A stretch of DNA of 64,000 nt, taken from NCBI GenBank assembly GCA_036001885.1, contig DASYTV010000295.1:3982-67981 (forward strand), written 5' to 3'. This DNA comes from Actinomycetes bacterium. GTDB taxonomy: Bacteria; Actinomycetota; Actinomycetes; JAKEEW01. Under the pieces are notes generated by a model. The model saw nothing but the letters and a program-made list of their open reading frames with translations, searched no databases and was not told the origin of the DNA. This document shows, one piece after another, positions 59,028 through 64,000 of the stretch (positions are counted from its first letter, which is position 1; each line of letters starts with the position of its first letter). Position numbers and translations under genes: made by a program.

Positions 59028-59873
59028 TCAGCGCTCCCGACGTATGAGGCCCTCCTGTGCGACTGATGCCGCCAGCATCCCATCGGCGGTGAGGATCCGG
59101 CCGAGGGCGAGCCCGAGGGCGTTCGACGTCGACGGTGTGGTCTGGTCGTACAGCAGCCAGTCGTCCACCCGGCACGGACGGTGGAACCACACGGAGTGAT
59201 CCAGCGAGGCGATCCGGTACCCGTCGTGGCGTGGTGGGATGTCGTGCGGGACGAGCACGACGGACAGGAGCGTCAGGTCGCTGATGCAGGCCAGGATGCA
59301 GGCGTGGAGGAGCGGGTCGTCGGGCAGTGGTGCCGGGGCCCGCATCCACGTCCGAGCTCCGGACGAGGGCTCGGGGCCGCAGTGCGCGGCGCCGGCAACC
59401 TCTGGTGGCACGCGACGAATGTCGAGCGACGTCCACTCCCGGTAGATGTCCGGCCAGTCCTCGGGGCGTTCTGAGTTCCTGGCCAGCGTGTGGGGTGGTG
59501 GAGCCGATGGCACCGAGCACTGGTACTCGGGGCCTGGTTCATCCAGGTGGAACGAGGCCGTCATGGTGAAGATCAGCTTCGCGTCCTGACGCGCGCGCAC
59601 CTCGCGGGTCGAGAACGAACGACCCTCGCGCAGTATCGACACCTCGTAGTCGATCGGCCTCTCGGAGGCTCCCGCACGGAGGAAGTAGGCATGCAGCGAG
59701 TGCGGTCGGCGCCCGCGGTCGACCGTGCATCCCGCGGCGGCCAGAGCCTGGCCGAGGACATGGCCGCCGAACACCCGTGGCAGGTCGGAACCGGATGGGC
59801 ATCCGGTGAAGATGTCGTTGCCTTCGGGGCGCACGTCGAGAAGCCGGATCAGCTGGTCGACCGAGCCGGCCAT
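59028..59873 (-). CDS. tesB: Acyl-CoA thioesterase II (TesB-like, double hotdog)
   Basis: ..DIFTGCPSGSDLPRVFGGHVLGQAL.. and ..SLDHSVWFHRP.. are TesB motifs. Confidence 0.85.
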   Translation of the reverse strand: MAGSVDQLIRLLDVRPEGNDIFTGCPSGSDLPRVFGGHVLGQALAAAGCTVDRGRRPHSLHAYFLRAGASERPIDYEVSILREGRSFSTREVRARQDAKLIFTMTASFHLDEPGPEYQCSVPSAPPPHTLARNSERPEDWPDIYREWTSLDIRRVPPEVAGAAHCGPEPSSGARTWMRAPAPLPDDPLLHACILACISDLTLLSVVLVPHDIPPRHDGYRIASLDHSVWFHRPCRVDDWLLYDQTTPSTSNALGLALGRILTADGMLAASVAQEGLIRRER

Positions 59874-59905
59874 TTGTCCTCCCTACGTCAGGGCCTGGTC
59901 GACGC

Positions 59906-61114
59906 TCATCGGCCGTTGATCAGCTTCATGCCGTTCTCCCGCAGGAAGAGCCGCCGGTTCTCGTCGCCCAGTCCCTCGACGCGGTGGAAGAACTCGGCCG
60001 GTTCTCGGAGACCCTCGGCATGGGGCCAGTCCGAGCCCATGAGGAGTGTCTCGGTGGAGCCGAGCCTCTCGATCATGGCCACCGTGTCGTCCTCCGGGTA
60101 GGGAACGACGCGGATGTGCCGCTTGAAGATGCTGCTGGGCCGTTCACTGAGCTGGCCGCCCAGCCAGCGTCCGTTGCGGCCCATCCCGCGACTCTTGTCC
60201 ATGTGCCGGATGAAGTGCGGAACCCATTCGGCGCCGAACTCGCTGACGAGGACCTTGATGTTCGGGAAGCGCCCGAACAGGTTGTCGAAGATCAGCGCGG
60301 AGAGGGTGTCGGTGATCGGCCGCTCGCCGTAGGTGTTCTGCCATTGCCAGGCGGAGAACTGGAACGGTGGTACGAGCCCCCAGCCCCAGTGGGACGCCAC
60401 GTTCGCCTGGTAGTGGAACTCCGAGATGTGGTAGCACACCACTGCCTTGGCCTCGTTGATGCGGGCCCAGAAGGCGTCGAAGTAGGGGTCGCCGGGCGAG
60501 CGCCCGTACGCCGGACCGGCGGGCAGTAGGATGAAGCGGGCGCCGTTGTCGAGCACTCGGTCGAGTTCCTGGCAGGCGCGGTCCAGGTCGCGCATCGAGA
60601 GCATCGCCGGGGCGTAGATGGTGTCCTTGTAGGCGAAGCCCCAGTCCTCGTTGATCCACTTGTTGAACGACTCGAGGTTGTCGTACAGCGGGTCGATGCC
60701 GTCGAGATACGCCTCGGCGAGGAGGCCCCATCCTCCCGGATACATGATGGACTTCTCGATCTGCTGTTCGGCCAGCTGGACGAGCCGCTTGTCGCGGTCG
60801 AGGTACTCCGGCTGGATCGGCTCGTAGAACCGGTCGGAGTCGGTGGTGTTCCCGGCCGCCCGTTGCTTGAGCATCTCGACGAGCGAGCCGGGCACGTAGG
60901 CCTGGTCGAGGTCGTTCTCGAGCGCCGTGACGATCCTGTCGTTCGCGAGCAGGACCTTGCGGTCGTATCCAGACACCGTGATCGGCCGCACCGCCGTGTG
61001 CAGCTTGTTCTTTGGCATGAACCTGGTGAAAGCGTCGGGTGCCTCGTAGGAGTGCTGGTCGAAGTCGGTCAACGGGTAGGGCAGCTTGCCGACGGAGCCT
61101 TGGATGATCGCCAT
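59906..61114 (-). CDS. Amidohydrolase_2 family protein (third copy)
   Basis: ..FDQHSYEAP.., ..VCYHISEFHY.., ..LLMGSDWPHAEG... Start taken at MAIIQGS. Confidence 0.75.
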   Translation of the reverse strand: MAIIQGSVGKLPYPLTDFDQHSYEAPDAFTRFMPKNKLHTAVRPITVSGYDRKVLLANDRIVTALENDLDQAYVPGSLVEMLKQRAAGNTTDSDRFYEPIQPEYLDRDKRLVQLAEQQIEKSIMYPGGWGLLAEAYLDGIDPLYDNLESFNKWINEDWGFAYKDTIYAPAMLSMRDLDRACQELDRVLDNGARFILLPAGPAYGRSPGDPYFDAFWARINEAKAVVCYHISEFHYQANVASHWGWGLVPPFQFSAWQWQNTYGERPITDTLSALIFDNLFGRFPNIKVLVSEFGAEWVPHFIRHMDKSRGMGRNGRWLGGQLSERPSSIFKRHIRVVPYPEDDTVAMIERLGSTETLLMGSDWPHAEGLREPAEFFHRVEGLGDENRRLFLRENGMKLINGR

Positions 61115-61263
61115 GGTGCACCGTCCTTTCGGTGTGCGTGTCAGTGAACGCTGGACTCGGTGTCGCGTCGGATCCGTTCGAGGCCGCGGTCCCGCAACGG
61201 GTGTCGCGGAGCCGCGATGTCGTCCTCCATGGCTCACGTCCGAGCGGACCGCCTTCACGACGA

Positions 61264-61307
61264 CGAATCATATCGCAAGATAAGCTTATTGATTTAGCTG
61301 ATTCACG
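61264..61307. promoter_or_regulatory. AT-rich operator-like region GAATCATATCGCAAGATAAGCTTATTGATTTAGCTGATTCAC upstream of the SDR gene
   Basis: Contains AATCAT, TGATTTAG and CTGATTCA elements plus a palindromic AAGCTT. Confidence 0.4.
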
Positions 61308-61354
61308 GTACCATGGTTGCGTCGCGAGGCAAGCGGCGCGAGGAGGATCGGCTG

Positions 61355-62122
61355 ATGGCTTCAGGTTTGCACGGGCGCATCGCGTTGGTGACCGGAGCGG
61401 CTGGCGCCGGCATCGGCCGCGCCCTCGCCGCCCGGCTTGCCGCAGATGGCGCATTGGTGGTGGTCACCGACTCTCATCCTGAGCGCCTCGAGCGGGTGAC
61501 GAAGGAGATCGCGACCGCGCATCACGGTCGTGCCGTGGCCAAGACACTCGATGTCGGTGATCGGAAACAGATCGTCGAGGTGACTGACTGGGTGCTCGAC
61601 CAGTTGGGACCGGTATCAGTTCTGGTGAACAACGCTGCGTACAACGTGCTGGGGTCGATCTTCGAGTACGACCCGCAGGTGTGGGACCGGACCTTGGATG
61701 TCAATCTCAACGGACCCTGGATGCTGTGCCGTCAGGCGATGCGGCAGATGCGCGACGCCCGCATCCCCGGGGTGATCTTGAACATCTCGACGTACGCCCC
61801 CGACATCGGTGGGCTCGGCATCGAGACCCCGTACGCGGTCTCGAAGGGCGGTCTGAATGTGCTGACCCGGAGCTGTGCACACGAGGGCGGGCCCTATGGA
61901 ATCAGGGCGAACACGCTCGCGATGGGCATGATCACCGGCACCCGGTTCGCCGACGCCCTGCACCCGGACATGAAAGCGGCTGAGGTGGCCAAGTCGCCCC
62001 TGGGGCGGCTGGCCGAGGTCGCGGACGTCGTCGAAGCGGCGGCCTTCCTGTTGTCCGATCGTGCCGCGAACATCACCGGAGAGACGCTGAACGTGGCGGC
62101 GGGAACGCACATGCGCTGCTAG
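61355..62122 (+). CDS. SDR family oxidoreductase
   Basis: IALVTGAAGAGIGRA, NNAA, YAVSKGG. A gaggagg RBS lies before the chosen ATG. Confidence 0.85.
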   Translation: MASGLHGRIALVTGAAGAGIGRALAARLAADGALVVVTDSHPERLERVTKEIATAHHGRAVAKTLDVGDRKQIVEVTDWVLDQLGPVSVLVNNAAYNVLGSIFEYDPQVWDRTLDVNLNGPWMLCRQAMRQMRDARIPGVILNISTYAPDIGGLGIETPYAVSKGGLNVLTRSCAHEGGPYGIRANTLAMGMITGTRFADALHPDMKAAEVAKSPLGRLAEVADVVEAAAFLLSDRAANITGETLNVAAGTHMRC

Positions 62123-62203
62123 CTGCCCGCGCCACGGCAACTGGACGCGGCGATAGCGCCGCATGACGCCGGGCGCGCCGACTACCCCACGTGAGGAGAA
62201 CCC

Positions 62204-63463
62204 ATGCCCGAGGCTGTCATCGTCGCTGCGGCCAGAAGTCCGATCGGTCGCGCGTACAAGGGCGCGTTGAAGGACGTACGGCCCGACGACCTGGCTGCGC
62301 ACGCGATCCGGGCGGCACTGGGGCAGGTGCCCGAGCTTGACGCCTCGACAGTTCGCGACCTCATGCTCGGATGTGGCGCACCGGGTGGCGAGCAAGGGTT
62401 CAACATGGGCCGGGTGGTCGCCACCCTGCTTGGGCTCGACAGCGTGCCCGGCACGACTGTGACGCGGTACTGCGCGTCGAGCTTGCAGACGGCGCGCATG
62501 GCGATGCACGCCATCCGGGCGGGGGAGGGCGACGTGTTCATCGCGGCCGGTGTCGAGGCGGTGAGTCGGGGCCGGCGTGGCCACAGCGACAGCCCGCCTG
62601 TACCCGACGGCGCCGACCCGCGCGACCGCGCGCGGAATCCGTGGACCAACCCGCTGTTCGCGGACGCACAGCTGCACTCGAAGATGAGGTCTGCGGGTGG
62701 CGCACCGACCTGGGAGGATCCGCGGGAGCGTGACCTGCTGCCCGACGTCTACATCGCGATGGGCCAGACCGCTGAGAACGTTGCAGCGATCCGTGGTGTG
62801 AGCCGTGCGGAGCAGGACGAGTTCGCGGCGCGATCACAGCAGCGTTACCAGGAGGCCGCGACGGCTGGGTTCTGGAAGCGCGAGATCACGGCGATCACCC
62901 TGCCGGACGGCACGGTCATGGAAACCGACGAGAGCCCGCGCGCCGGGACCACCGTCGACAAGCTGGCCGAGCTCGAGCCGGTCTTCCGTCCTGACGGCTC
63001 GGTGACCGCGGGCAATGCGTGCCCGCTCAACGACGGAGCCGCGGCCCTCGTCATCATGTCGGACGCCAAGGCCAACCAACTCGGGATCTCGCCGCTTGCT
63101 CGCATCGTCTCGACGGGGATCTCGGCGCTCAGTCCCGAGATCATGGGTCTGGGGCCGGTCGGCGCCAGCATCGACGCCTTGGCCAACGCCGGACTGAGCA
63201 TCGCCGACATCGACCAGGTCGAGATCAACGAAGCCTTTGCGGCCCAGGTCATCCCTTCCTACCAGGAGCTGGGAGTCCCCCTGGACAGGCTCAACGTCAA
63301 CGGTGGCGGCATCGCCCTCGGGCACCCGTTCGGGATGACCGGCGCTCGGATCGCCACCACGCTGATCAACTCACTGCGGTGGCACGACAAGCAGTTCGGC
63401 CTCGAGGCGATGTGCGTCGGCGGGGGACAGGGCATGGCGATGGTGCTCGAACGTCTCAGCTGA
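62204..63463 (+). CDS. Acetyl-CoA C-acyltransferase (degradative thiolase, FadA-like)
   Basis: ..RYCASSLQTARMA.. active-site Cys, ..NVNGGGIALGHPFGMTGAR.., C-terminal ..CVGGGQGMAMV... Confidence 0.9.
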   Translation: MPEAVIVAAARSPIGRAYKGALKDVRPDDLAAHAIRAALGQVPELDASTVRDLMLGCGAPGGEQGFNMGRVVATLLGLDSVPGTTVTRYCASSLQTARMAMHAIRAGEGDVFIAAGVEAVSRGRRGHSDSPPVPDGADPRDRARNPWTNPLFADAQLHSKMRSAGGAPTWEDPRERDLLPDVYIAMGQTAENVAAIRGVSRAEQDEFAARSQQRYQEAATAGFWKREITAITLPDGTVMETDESPRAGTTVDKLAELEPVFRPDGSVTAGNACPLNDGAAALVIMSDAKANQLGISPLARIVSTGISALSPEIMGLGPVGASIDALANAGLSIADIDQVEINEAFAAQVIPSYQELGVPLDRLNVNGGGIALGHPFGMTGARIATTLINSLRWHDKQFGLEAMCVGGGQGMAMVLERLS

Positions 63464-63540
63464 CCAGGCGCCCCCGGCAAGCGGCCCGGTCGACCGGACG
63501 CCGCGATGCGACGAAGCCTCGCGTGGTCGTCAGCCGAGGG

Positions 63541-64000
63541 TCAGCGTCGTGCCGCTGCCTGCGCGGTCGACCCCCGCACCGCCAGTTCCGCCGGGAACCG
63601 GCGATGCGCGTACGGCGTGTCCGGCTTCTGGATCCGATTAACGAGAGTCTCGACAGCGACCTTCGCGAGCGACTCGACTGGTTGTCGCACCGAGGTGAGG
63701 TCGATCCGATCCCAGGAAGCCATCGCGATGTCGTCGTAGCCGGCGACCCAGAGGGCGTCGGGCATGGCGACACCTAGTTGATGCGCGGCGTCCTGGACGC
63801 CGAAGGCAACCAGGTCGTTGACGCAGAACACCGCGCTCGGCCGCGCGCCACTGGAGAGAAGGTCGAGTCCGACATTCTTGGCGGCGTCGTGCGTGAAGTC
63901 GCACTCCGGTTGACGCTCCGCGGGAATCTCGATCCCGTGCCCGGCGAAGGCGCTGACGAACCCGCGGCGTCTCTCGCGGCTGGTGCTGATCAGATCGCTG
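63541..64000 (-). CDS. LacI-family transcriptional regulator, 5' partial (N-terminal DNA-binding part lies beyond the window end)
   Basis: Ligand-binding-domain hallmarks ..SAVFCVNDLVAFGV..AHQLGVAMPDALWVAGYDDIAMAS... Confidence 0.7.
   Translation of the reverse strand, partial: SDLISTSRERRRGFVSAFAGHGIEIPAERQPECDFTHDAAKNVGLDLLSSGARPSAVFCVNDLVAFGVQDAAHQLGVAMPDALWVAGYDDIAMASWDRIDLTSVRQPVESLAKVAVETLVNRIQKPDTPYAHRRFPAELAVRGSTAQAAARR

Noticed and set aside
1-64000. CRISPR arrays, rRNA and tRNA genes
   Set aside because: No regularly spaced direct repeats, no rRNA-like conserved stretches and no cloverleaf-compatible tRNA-like segments were noticed. Only the short tandem and inverted repeats listed above were found.

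Overview
High-GC (about 70% G+C) actinobacterial-type chromosomal segment with three recognisable parts. Part 1, bp 1-10,000, is a decayed, rearranged region. It holds two Gfo/Idh/MocA oxidoreductase fragments, two inverted SDR paralogs flanking a frameshifted NarL-type sensor kinase with no response regulator, transposase N-terminal remnants, a DUF4389 tail fragment and an isolated GTP cyclohydrolase I. It also holds a roughly 1 kb low-coding stretch and a complete but frameshifted IS3-family element with 25-bp terminal inverted repeats. Part 2, 10,000-14,300, is a small F420/flavin redox block: F420 reductase, SDRs, a luciferase-like monooxygenase and an NTF2-like protein. Part 3, 14,300-63,500, is a very large, tightly packed island of roughly 45 genes for lipid/steroid-like CoA-dependent catabolism, many of them translationally coupled. 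It carries 7 acyl-CoA dehydrogenases (including an alpha/beta pair) and 6 enoyl-CoA hydratases. It has two DUF35 OB-fold plus SCP-x-type thiolase pairs, a FadA thiolase, an acyl-CoA synthetase, a PaaK-like ligase with a PaaI thioesterase, and a family III CoA-transferase. Also present are several SDRs, three amidohydrolase_2 enzymes, a TauD-family dioxygenase, an orphan acyl-CoA carboxyltransferase, TesB, and a Liv-type ABC uptake system with a triple-fused LivH-LivM-LivG polypeptide. Embedded in it is a LuxE/LuxC-type fatty-acyl reductase pair, divergent from a Fe-ADH / aldehyde dehydrogenase / hotdog thioesterase operon and followed by more aldehyde/alcohol-handling genes. This is the most unusual feature of the window. 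The GntR/FadR, TetR and partial LacI regulators lie inside or beside the island. Almost every divergent promoter gap in the island is a short AT-rich spacer carrying inverted repeats built from TGATT/AATCA half-sites, suggesting one shared operator. No rRNA, tRNA or CRISPR was seen. All functional calls are from reading the translated ORFs for family hallmarks; no database search was run.
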